NCBI GenBank assembly: GCA_963814585.1
Contig: CAWFDF010000004.1
Coordinates: 288,001-352,000, forward strand
DNA from: an uncultured delta proteobacterium
Lineage (GTDB): Bacteria; Myxococcota; Myxococcia; Myxococcales; Anaeromyxobacteraceae
Direction of reading: 5' to 3'
Length of the DNA stretch: 64,000 bases
Both the position numbers and the translations under genes were made by a program. The notes beneath the pieces are model-generated. The model worked only from the letters and a program-made list of their open reading frames with translations, did not search any database and was not told the DNA's origin. Shown in pieces: positions 55,994 through 64,000 of this stretch. The stretch's first letter is position 1; every line of letters begins with the position of its first letter.

Positions 55994-56947
55994 CTAGCGC
56001 GCCGGGGCGCAGGCGGGCGAGCCGTCGGCGGCGGGGTCGTCGGTGAGGCGCCGCAGCTCGGCGCCGCTGGCGAGCTCGACCAGCACCAGCTCGGGGTTGC
56101 CGTGGCGGTAAGAGCGCAGCACCACCCCGGCCCCGCTGGCGGTGACGGCCGGCTCGGAGTCGCCGGGGCCCGAGACCACCCGGATCTCACCGGTGGCGAG
56201 GGACCGCGCCACCACCTCGGTGTCCGAGGTGCCGCCGATGGTGCGAGCCATGACCAGCAGCGCGCCGTCGGGCGAGATCGCCGGCTTGCCGATGATCCGC
56301 GAGCCGCTGGTGACGGCCGGCGCGGGACAGCTGCCCGGGGCCGCGGTGCAGTCGGCCGGCCGCAGCGCGTGGACCTCGTACTGGCCGGTGCGGGTGGAGA
56401 CGAAGTAGATGGTCTGGCCGTCGGGCGACCAGGCCGGGCCGGCGTTCCAGGAGGGGTCGGTGGTGAGGTTGACCGGCGTCCCGCCGGCGGCCGGGACCAG
56501 GTAGACGTCGCTGCTCGCCGTCCCCGGCACCCGGCCCTCGAAGGCGAGCCGGGCGCCGTCGGGCGACCAGGCGGGCGAGGTGGCGGAGAGCGCGCCCAGG
56601 TCGAGCGGCGCCTCGGCTCCGGTGGCCAGGTCCTGAACGCGGAGCTGCTGCGACCCGGTCCGGTCGCTGGTGTAGGCCAGCTTGCCGGTGGAGGACCAGG
56701 CGGGGAGGAGCTCCTGCGCCGGGTCGCCGGTGACGGGGCGCAGGCAGGTGCCGTCGTCGCGCATCACCAGCAGGTCGTAGCTGCCGGCGCGGCGCGAGGC
56801 GAACGCCAGCCACGGCGCCCCGTCCGACGAGATCTCGCAGGGGTCCTCGTCGGGGCAGCCGGCGAGCGCGGCGGCGAGCAGGACGGCGAGGGCTGGGAGG
56901 GTGACGCGGCGCAGGGAGGCCTCCGGCTGCGGGGAGCCGTCGAGCAT
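55994..56947 (-). CDS. TolB-like (PD40) beta-propeller lipoprotein
   Basis: Lipobox LAGC; repeated PAWSPDG/PAISPDG motifs. Confidence 0.88.
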   Translation of the reverse strand: MLDGSPQPEASLRRVTLPALAVLLAAALAGCPDEDPCEISSDGAPWLAFASRRAGSYDLLVMRDDGTCLRPVTGDPAQELLPAWSSTGKLAYTSDRTGSQQLRVQDLATGAEAPLDLGALSATSPAWSPDGARLAFEGRVPGTASSDVYLVPAAGGTPVNLTTDPSWNAGPAWSPDGQTIYFVSTRTGQYEVHALRPADCTAAPGSCPAPAVTSGSRIIGKPAISPDGALLVMARTIGGTSDTEVVARSLATGEIRVVSGPGDSEPAVTASGAGVVLRSYRHGNPELVLVELASGAELRRLTDDPAADGSPACAPAR

Positions 56948-57105
56948 ACACCGGGGTCGAGCGGTCCCTGCCCGTGGGTGTGGTCATCGGGCGCGTGTCC
57001 CGCGGCAAGGTGACACGGCCGCACGCCGCACGACGTCGCGGCGCTTGACGGTGGGATCGGTATCATCTCACATGCTCAGGTCGACATCGGAGAGGAGCAG
57101 GGGGG

Positions 57106-57300
57106 ATGATGGACCATCTGGACCGGAAGCCGGGGGCCCACCCCCGGGACGCGCCCGCGTCGGCGCGGCCGGTCTACCAGGCCCCGAGGTTGCTCAAGAA
57201 GGTGGCGTTCACGACTCTCACACTCTCCCCCGGTGCATCTCCGTCTGCAAGTGGATTCACTGGCAGTGGACCGCTCGCCGGCGGAATGGCGGGCAACTGA
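57106..57300 (+). CDS. Small peptide, putative RiPP-like precursor
   Basis: 64 aa, purine-rich RBS, YQAPRL leader motif, Ser/Gly-rich C-terminal core. Confidence 0.55.
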   Translation: MMDHLDRKPGAHPRDAPASARPVYQAPRLLKKVAFTTLTLSPGASPSASGFTGSGPLAGGMAGN

Positions 57301-57340
57301 CCATGGCAGCCGGCCTCTCGCCCTCGATGAGAAGACTCTC

Positions 57341-59386
57341 GTGAAGTTCCAGCGTGCCATCGCCACGACCCTGATCCTCGCTTCGTGCGTGGGCGGTCCA
57401 GCACTGGAGTCGACTCCGCAGGGCGAGGAGCGCCCCCTCCCCTCCGTGGCCATGTTCGAGGGGCAGGTCGACTCGGCAACGGGCGCGTTCGGCTTCCGGG
57501 CGCCCGGATTGGGCGAGGCCTTCCTTTCGATCGCACCGGTGGCCGGTGGGACGGCCGGGGTGAGGATGACGACCACCGACCTGGTCTGGAACGGGACCAC
57601 GTGCGGCGCCAACACCTTCGAGGGCAACGTCATGATCACCAACAACGGCGCCACGGACCTCAAGAACGTCTACGCCGAGATCCTGACCATGTCGTCGAGC
57701 GGCCCGGAGTCCTGCGCCAGCGACGCCGTGCCGCGCCCGGGCTCAAGTGCCGTCACGAGAAGTTACGGCCTCTGGGCCTATGGCAACATCCCCGCCAAGG
57801 GTTCCGTGACCAGGCCCTGGGCGTTCCCCCCCACCTCAGCCACCAGCTACACCTTCACCGGACGTATCATCACCTCGGGAGAGCCGAGCTCGATCGGCGC
57901 CGGGGCTGGCATGGGCGCCACCATCAACGACGTGCTGGCGGACTCCGACGGCTCCAGCCTCTACGTCACGGTCACCTTCAGCACGCCACCCGTCGGCAAC
58001 AAGCTCTTCGTGCTCGTGGACAACCTCGACCGTGACTCGGGGATGGCCGGTGTCGATGCCCTGACGTATGACCCGACGGGCTCGGCGGGCGCCCTATCGG
58101 CCGCGAGCCCCAACGTGCTCCTCAACGATGCCGGCGCCGACTTCGACTACTACCAGGTCGGCAGCTTCGAGAGCGGTACGCTGACTCCTGACTACGCCAA
58201 GACCATCACCGGAGCGATTTCATCGATCGATGCGGCGGCGACCGCTCTGACCCAGGACGTCGCCGCCGGCCGCTACCATTTCAAGATCCCATATGCCGCG
58301 CTCGGCGCCTCGCCCGCAGACCAGGTCAAGGTCTACGTCCTGTACGGGCAGAGCAACGAGCTTGGCCCGGGCATCCACTCGGCAGCGCCAATGGCCACTC
58401 CGCCGCAGATCACCAGGATGGACAGGAAGACCGGAAACGGCCTCACCAGCCTGGCGCCGGCCCCACCCAGGCACACGCTCTTCGGCACGCGACCTGGATG
58501 CCCGGCGCCGGTCCAGTTCGCCGCAATCGGTGACTACGGATACTCGAGTCATGGCGAGTACGGGAAGCTCGGCCCGAACGAAGCTGCGGTGGCGACCCTG
58601 GTGAAGGGCTGGCACCCCGACTTCATCATCACCGTGGGGGACAACGACTACGACTATTCCCACTACTACTACGAATGGGATGGCGTGGCGGACTTCACGA
58701 CCGACCAGAACATCGGCCAGTACTATGCCTCCTACATCGGTGACTACATCGGGGCCTTTGGCCCGGGCGCGGCGGAGAACGCCTTCTTTCCGACGCTCGG
58801 CAACCACGACCGGAAGAGTCGTGGACGCATCGACGCCAAGCAGTACTTCGACTACTTCACCCTCCCCGCCTCTCCCGGGGGCGAGCGCTACTACGACTTC
58901 GTTCGCGGCGAGGTCCACTTCTTCGCGCTCGACAGCAACTCCACCGCGGAATTCCCCACCATGCCGGACGTCATGCCGGCGCAGAGGCAGTGGCTCCAGG
59001 ACGCTCTGACCTCCGACACGACGTCTCGCTGGAAGATCGTCTACTTCCATCACCCCCCTTACACGTCCTACTCGCCGAGCTACAACAACCTGGGCATGCG
59101 ATGGCCGTTCAAGGAGTGGGGTGCGACCGCGGTCATCTCTGGCCACGCGCACAACTACGAAAGGCTCGGCGTGGCCGGCTTCCCGTACTTCGTCATCGGC
59201 ACCGGCGGTGACGATCTCTACTCGATTCAATCTCCCGGCACGAACAGCCAGGCCCATTTCGACACCGACCACGGCGCCCAGCGAATCTTCGCTGACGGCA
59301 GGCAACTGGTATTCGAGTTCATTGCCGACAACGGGACACTGCTCGATACCTGGCGCATCCCCGCCGCGAACCCCTGCACGCCCTGA
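57341..59386 (+). CDS. Secreted or lipoprotein metallophosphoesterase (calcineurin-like/purple acid phosphatase-like) with N-terminal beta domains
   Basis: ILASC lipobox-like signal; GDYG, GDNDY, GNHD, HHP and GHAH motifs. Confidence 0.82.
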   Translation: MKFQRAIATTLILASCVGGPALESTPQGEERPLPSVAMFEGQVDSATGAFGFRAPGLGEAFLSIAPVAGGTAGVRMTTTDLVWNGTTCGANTFEGNVMITNNGATDLKNVYAEILTMSSSGPESCASDAVPRPGSSAVTRSYGLWAYGNIPAKGSVTRPWAFPPTSATSYTFTGRIITSGEPSSIGAGAGMGATINDVLADSDGSSLYVTVTFSTPPVGNKLFVLVDNLDRDSGMAGVDALTYDPTGSAGALSAASPNVLLNDAGADFDYYQVGSFESGTLTPDYAKTITGAISSIDAAATALTQDVAAGRYHFKIPYAALGASPADQVKVYVLYGQSNELGPGIHSAAPMATPPQITRMDRKTGNGLTSLAPAPPRHTLFGTRPGCPAPVQFAAIGDYGYSSHGEYGKLGPNEAAVATLVKGWHPDFIITVGDNDYDYSHYYYEWDGVADFTTDQNIGQYYASYIGDYIGAFGPGAAENAFFPTLGNHDRKSRGRIDAKQYFDYFTLPASPGGERYYDFVRGEVHFFALDSNSTAEFPTMPDVMPAQRQWLQDALTSDTTSRWKIVYFHHPPYTSYSPSYNNLGMRWPFKEWGATAVISGHAHNYERLGVAGFPYFVIGTGGDDLYSIQSPGTNSQAHFDTDHGAQRIFADGRQLVFEFIADNGTLLDTWRIPAANPCTP

Positions 59387-59586
59387 CCCTTCTCCCGGTC
59401 AGACCGCTCCGGTGTAGACGATGCTGGTGCGGTCACTCCCGCCATCACGGCGGCAGGGTACACGTACTCAAAGTGACTACTGACGTCAGAAGTGGCAGCG
59501 CCTCACCCCGTCTGGGGCGTCCCGTCGCGGCCTGCTCACCGGAACAGCGGCCTCACCGCCGCCGCCGCCGCCGCCCTGCCCCGCTC

Positions 59587-59760
59587 CTACTTCGGCCCCG
59601 GCGGCCGCAGGCCGCAGGAGTCACCGCTCGAGTCGTCTTCGGCGCCGCCCGGGCGCCGTCGTGGCCGGCCTCAGGTGGGCACCCCGAACCAGGGGAGCAC
59701 CACGTGCTGGAGCAGCAGCCAGCCGGCCAGCATGAGGAGGACGCTCGGGATGTCATTCAT
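59587..59760 (-). CDS. Small membrane protein (29 aa to TGA at 59671-59673; 57 aa if TGA is read as Sec)
   Basis: ATG with GAGGT upstream, one TM helix, in-frame TGA followed by a hairpin and GC3-rich codons up to TAG. Confidence 0.5.
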
Positions 59761-59825
59761 CGGTTTGGTGACCTCGTAAGGTGAGAGCCAGGCCCGGCCC
59801 GGAGGGTTCGCCGGGCGCCGGCCAG

Positions 59826-61631
59826 CTAGAAGTCGATGTGGAACTGGGCGGCCGCCTGGTCCTGCCAGTCGCGGATGGCCCGGAACGAGTCCTTGACCCG
59901 GCTGCGCTCGATGGCGTTGAGCGAGGCCAGCGGGACCTTGTTGGTGACCGGCTTCCCGGCCGCGGTCATGTTCAGCTGCAGGCGGAGCCGAAGGCCGAGC
60001 AGGAAGCGGTAGGCCTCGGTCATGGTGACCAGCGCGTCCTCCTCGAGCAGGCCGGCCCGCCGGGCCGCCTCGAGCCGGCCGATGGTGCCCCGGGCCTGGC
60101 TGCCCGCCTCCAGGGCGAAGCGCCGGGCCAGGCCGACCACCGGGCTGATGCCGTTGGCCTTCAGGTCGATGGTCGAGGTGGCGCCGCGGAGCTTCATCAG
60201 CAGCAGCGGCGGCGGCCGGAAGGCGAGCGCGTCCTTGGCGAGCAGGCGCAGGAAGACCGGCTTGTTGGCGGAGGCGGCGATGAGGTCGTCGAGCACCTGC
60301 AGGTCGAGGTCGCCGCCGACCTTGCGGAAGTCGAAGAAGATGGAGGACACCAGCAGCGCCTGCGGCGTGGGCACGTCGGTCCAGCCCGTGAAGCGCTGGG
60401 TCCACTCGGTCAGCGTCCCGTGCCAGCTCTTCGCCATGTACCCGCCGGGGCAGCGCGGGAAGCCGGCCTTCTCCAGGTCGCCGTTGACCTTCTCGGCGAA
60501 GGTCTGGAACCAGTCGCGGTGGCCGCCCCCCTCGTCGGCGTAGATCAGGGCGTTGTCCTGGTCGGTGAGGAGGGTCTGCTCCATGCGCCCCTCCGACCCG
60601 AAGACCAGCCAGGCGTAGGGGGCGGGGGGCGCGCCCATGTCCTCCACGGCCCAGTGCAGCAGGCGCCGCAACAGCGCGTCGTTGAGCCGGGCCACCAGGC
60701 CGGCGATGGCCATGGGGTCGAGGCCGCCGGCCAGCAGCGCCGCCACCATCTCGGTGACCCGCTTGGCGTAGCCCCCCAGGCTGGCGCGCGAGGCCAGCCG
60801 CTCCACGCTCCGCAGCACCGCCACCGGCCCCTGGGCGGTGCTCCGCAAGATGTCGGTTGAGGTCAGCACGCCCACCACCGCGCCGTCCCGGGTGACCGGG
60901 AGGTGGTGCACCCGGGCGTCGAGCAGCACGTTCCAGACCTCGTAGATGGGCGTCTCGGCGTCCACGGTCAGCAGCGGCCTGGAGAAGACCCGGGTCACCG
61001 GCACCTCGGAGCCGAGCCCGCCGGCCAGCACCCGGTTGCGGAAGTCCCGGTCGGTGACGATCCCGGGCGGCTCGGAGCGGACCAGCACCGAGGAGATGCT
61101 GGCCGCGCTCATCAGCCTGGCGGCCTCGGCCACGGTGGCGCCGGGCTCGACCCAGACCGGCGGGCCGCGCAGCAGCTGGCCCACCTCCATGGCCATGTCG
61201 GGCTGGAAGGTGGCCACCGGCGAGTGCTCCAGGCTGGCCTTGAGCCGCTCGGAGAGCTGCTCGGTGAAGTGGCTGGCGAACCGGGCGTCGGCGAGCAGCT
61301 TCTTGAAGTGCTCGGCGGGGATCCGGTAGGCGAGCAGGTCCTCGTCCACGAAGACGTCCAGCGTGGCCTTCTCGGTGATCAGCGAGGTGAAGCCGAAGGC
61401 CTCCCCCTCCTCGAGGACCTGGAGCGTCCGCCCGTCGCGCTCGATGTGGACCGCGCCCTTGCGGATGACATAGAGGTGCCTGAGCGGGTCGCCCCCGACC
61501 TTGCCGAGCTGCGTCCCGGCCGGGAACAGCCCGACCTCGAGGCCGCGCGCCACCTCCTCGAAGAGCGTCGGCGGCAGGGCGTGGAACGGGGGGATGCCCC
61601 GCAGGTACGCCACGGGATCGATGGTCGGCAC
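59826..61631 (-). CDS. cNMP-binding/CBS/DUF294 nucleotidyltransferase-like signalling protein
   Basis: cNMP domain, GIVTDRD CBS pair, GSEGRMEQTLLTDQDNAL, IFFDFR, IDLK. Confidence 0.9.
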   Translation of the reverse strand: MPTIDPVAYLRGIPPFHALPPTLFEEVARGLEVGLFPAGTQLGKVGGDPLRHLYVIRKGAVHIERDGRTLQVLEEGEAFGFTSLITEKATLDVFVDEDLLAYRIPAEHFKKLLADARFASHFTEQLSERLKASLEHSPVATFQPDMAMEVGQLLRGPPVWVEPGATVAEAARLMSAASISSVLVRSEPPGIVTDRDFRNRVLAGGLGSEVPVTRVFSRPLLTVDAETPIYEVWNVLLDARVHHLPVTRDGAVVGVLTSTDILRSTAQGPVAVLRSVERLASRASLGGYAKRVTEMVAALLAGGLDPMAIAGLVARLNDALLRRLLHWAVEDMGAPPAPYAWLVFGSEGRMEQTLLTDQDNALIYADEGGGHRDWFQTFAEKVNGDLEKAGFPRCPGGYMAKSWHGTLTEWTQRFTGWTDVPTPQALLVSSIFFDFRKVGGDLDLQVLDDLIAASANKPVFLRLLAKDALAFRPPPLLLMKLRGATSTIDLKANGISPVVGLARRFALEAGSQARGTIGRLEAARRAGLLEEDALVTMTEAYRFLLGLRLRLQLNMTAAGKPVTNKVPLASLNAIERSRVKDSFRAIRDWQDQAAAQFHIDF

Positions 61632-61686
61632 GTCTCGACGTTACCACGCGGCCGCGCCCCCGGGAGGGAGCGCGGCCCGGAGCGGC

Positions 61687-62115
61687 CTACCCGGCCTCGT
61701 GGATGATCTTCTGCAGGTCCTGCTCCATCGCGGGCGACCCGACCACCACCACCTTCTTGCCTCCGATGAGGTGATCGAAGCGCGGCTCGTCCTTGTGCCT
61801 GGTCCAGGCGTCACCGAGGTGGCCGGAGATGGTCTTCATCTGCCGGTCGCTGAGCGCCTTGGCCTTCATGAGCGTCTTGAAGTTGTGCTCCTCGTTCCCC
61901 TCGAACCAGACCACGCCGAAGGTCTCCGGGGGGCTGCCGATGTAGACGTAGGTGGCCTTGTCGCCCGGGATGATCTCCATGGCGCCGTGGACCTTCTTCA
62001 CGAATTCCTCGAGCACGGCGGCGCTCTTGGCCAGCCGGACCGCGCCCGGCGAGGCGGGGTCGAGCGGCGGGTACTTCGGCTTCTCGGTACCAAACAGCTT
62101 GCCCAGGAATCCCAT
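61687..62115 (-). CDS. Hypothetical protein
   Basis: MGFLGKLFG start with AAGGAG RBS, strong codon bias. Confidence 0.7.
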   Translation of the reverse strand: MGFLGKLFGTEKPKYPPLDPASPGAVRLAKSAAVLEEFVKKVHGAMEIIPGDKATYVYIGSPPETFGVVWFEGNEEHNFKTLMKAKALSDRQMKTISGHLGDAWTRHKDEPRFDHLIGGKKVVVVGSPAMEQDLQKIIHEAG

Positions 62116-62183
62116 GAGTTCGCTCCTTGCTGGTTCAGCTCCGATGGACCACGCTCGACTCCAGCTCGACCTCGGGTCCCTCC

Positions 62184-62230
62184 AAAGCAAAAGGGCCGCC
62201 CTGAAGGAACTTCCCTTCAGGCAGCGGCCC
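62184..62230 (-). terminator. Intrinsic terminator
   Basis: Minus-strand GGGCCGC..CCTGAAGG / CCTTCAGG.GCGGCCC hairpin followed by TTTTGCTTT. Confidence 0.7.
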
Positions 62231-62324
62231 GGCTGCCCAGTTGCCTCCGGGGGAGCACCCCGGACCCGGTTGTCATCATTTGCTTCCTGTGCCTACCCGT
62301 CAACCCCTTCTCGCCCGGCCGGGC

Positions 62325-62621
62325 TCACTGCCCGAGAACCGGGACGACGGCCGGCTGCGCCAGCCGGTGCAGCGCGATGAGCAGCATCCAGGCCAGCGCC
62401 ACGGCCAGGAAGGACATGCGGAAGACGCGCTCCTTCGGCGTCCCCGGCTTCATGCGCTTCGCCACCAGCCAGGTGACCGGCGAGCAGACGATGTGGAAGA
62501 AGTACCTCAGCTTGCTCTCGGGCGAACTGCGCCGCTCCACCAGCCAGCCGAGGCCGACGTAGACCAGCACCATGAACGCCAGCAGCCGGAGCAGCGTGAG
62601 GACGTTGTAGAGCTGCGACAT
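62325..62621 (-). CDS. Hypothetical membrane protein
   Basis: 98 aa with two hydrophobic helices, downstream of the symporter. Confidence 0.65.
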   Translation of the reverse strand: MSQLYNVLTLLRLLAFMVLVYVGLGWLVERRSSPESKLRYFFHIVCSPVTWLVAKRMKPGTPKERVFRMSFLAVALAWMLLIALHRLAQPAVVPVLGQ

Positions 62622-62640
62622 CTAACGGAGGAAGCGGCAA

Positions 62641-62669
62641 GCGGGGTGGAGGGAGGCCCTCCACCCCGC
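62641..62669. other. Perfect 13-bp intergenic hairpin
   Basis: GCGGGGTGGAGGG-AGG-CCCTCCACCCCGC just after the symporter stop. Confidence 0.6.
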
Positions 62670-62680
62670 GAGCGCGGATC

Positions 62681-64000
62681 CTAGTGACCAGCGTTGATGG
62701 CAGCCGAGGCGCCACCCGTCTTCGGGTAGCGGACGGAGACCACCAGATCCTGGATCTCCTGCGGCGGCGGGGCCGTCATCAGGGAGACGATCCAGATGGT
62801 GAGGAACCCGAGCGGGATGCCGAAGACGCCCGAGGCCACCGTGTTGGTGTTGAACCAGAACATCCCGAAGAACCGGCTCCCGACCATGTAGAACAGCGTG
62901 GTCAGGAGGCCGACCAGCATGCCGGCCACGGCGCCAGCCCTGTTGGCCCGCTTCCACCAGATGCCCATGACGAGCGCCGGGAAGAAGGAGGCGGCGCCGA
63001 GGCTGAAGGCCCAGGCCACCAGCTCCACGATGATCGCCATGCGGGCCGTCGCCACCCATGCGGCGATGAGCGCGACCGTGACCAGCAGGACCTTGGTGAT
63101 GGTGAGCCGCTTGATCAGCGAGGCCTTGGGGTTGATGACGTTGAAGTACAGGTCGTGGGAGATGGCGTTGGCGATGGTGAGCAGCAGGCCGTCGGCGGTG
63201 GAGAGGGCGGCGGCCAGGCCGCCGGCCATGACCAGGCCGGTGATGACGAACGGCAGGCCGGCGATCTCCGGGGTCGCGAGCACCACGAAGTCGGTGCTCT
63301 TCACCACGAAGTCGGCGTACTGCACCACCCCGTCACCCAGCTTGTCGACCACGCTGAAGAGGCCGGCCGGCGCCCAGAGGTTGATCCAGGCCGGCAGGCT
63401 CGACACGCTCTGGCCCACCAGGCCCGAGTAGACGGCGTCACGGGCGAAGGCCGCGTAGGCCGGCGCCGTGAAGTAGAGCAGGAAGATGAAGAAGAGCGAC
63501 CAGCCCACCGAGGTCCGGGCTTCGCGCACCGACGGCGTGGTGTAGTAGCGGGTCAGGATGTGCGGCAGCCCGGCGGTTCCGACCATGAGGCAGAAGGTCA
63601 GGGCCAGGAAGTTCCACATCCCCTTGCCGGTCGGCACGGTGAGGTAGTTGCCCCACTTGGCGCCCGGCTTGGACAGCGGCGTGGACTGCCTGACGGCCAC
63701 GGCCTTGGCAGCCTTGAGCTTGTCGGCCTCGTCGGCGGCCAGTCCGGGGGCCTTGAGCTTCTCGTCGATCTCCTTGGCCTCGGCCGCCCACTTCTCGCGG
63801 GTGGCGATCTCGCCCGGGTCATTGGTGAGCTGGATGGCGCGGGTGTTGTTCTTCTGGAGCAGCTGGCCGTAGGTGAGCTGCGGGACCGGGAGGACGAAGA
63901 GCTTGAACGACAGCACCACCACCGGGACGAGGTAGGACGTGATGAGGATGATGTACTGGGCCACCTGCGTCCAGGTCACCGCCTTCATGCCGCCGAGCAC
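62681..64000 (-). CDS. Sodium:solute symporter, ActP/VC_2705-like (5' truncated)
   Basis: GGMKAVTWTQVAQY, GTAGLPHIL.RYYT, GGLAAALSTADGLL. Confidence 0.9.
   Translation of the reverse strand: MLGGMKAVTWTQVAQYIILITSYLVPVVVLSFKLFVLPVPQLTYGQLLQKNNTRAIQLTNDPGEIATREKWAAEAKEIDEKLKAPGLAADEADKLKAAKAVAVRQSTPLSKPGAKWGNYLTVPTGKGMWNFLALTFCLMVGTAGLPHILTRYYTTPSVREARTSVGWSLFFIFLLYFTAPAYAAFARDAVYSGLVGQSVSSLPAWINLWAPAGLFSVVDKLGDGVVQYADFVVKSTDFVVLATPEIAGLPFVITGLVMAGGLAAALSTADGLLLTIANAISHDLYFNVINPKASLIKRLTITKVLLVTVALIAAWVATARMAIIVELVAWAFSLGAASFFPALVMGIWWKRANRAGAVAGMLVGLLTTLFYMVGSRFFGMFWFNTNTVASGVFGIPLGFLTIWIVSLMTAPPPQEIQDLVVSVRYPKTGGASAAINAGH

Noticed and set aside
57106..57300. Lasso peptide precursor
   Set aside because: The leader motif fits, but the core has no Asp/Glu for macrolactam formation and no lasso cyclase or peptidase is nearby.

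Overview
Very GC-rich bacterial DNA. Gene content suggests an Anaeromyxobacter-like myxobacterium or deltaproteobacterium, which is an inference. From left to right the window holds: an amine/beta-alanine catabolic operon end (mmsA-like, class III aminotransferase, FAD oxidoreductase); a tungsten aldehyde:ferredoxin oxidoreductase cluster (tupBC, moeA, two AORs, two MoaD/ThiS, ThiF); an ECF sigma/anti-sigma triad; serS followed by tRNA-Ser, tRNA-Ser and tRNA-Arg; a P-type ATPase divergent from an NhaR-like regulator; a hemL-like gene; a sigma54-promoted operon (lysine/GABA-type aminotransferase fused to a GNAT-like domain, aldehyde dehydrogenase, saccharopine-dehydrogenase-like protein); a ~15 kb sigma54-controlled secreted operon; nikR, ykgJ-like and thpR; an acsA-pdhABC-ACP operon; a queuosine-precursor transporter, methyltransferase, radical SAM and TolB-like genes; a YxxPxL small peptide with a metallophosphoesterase; a tiny ORF with possible UGA read-through; and a CBS/DUF294 plus ActP-like symporter locus. 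The secreted operon encodes a ~1950-aa Ig/beta-helix protein, three two-domain cupredoxin proteins, an S8 protease and lipoproteins. The best novelty candidate is there: the copper ligands of one complete multicopper oxidase site are divided between different cupredoxin paralogs, suggesting a hetero-oligomeric split enzyme. Many single-base frameshifts look like long-read assembly errors. No CRISPR array, integrase or IS was seen.
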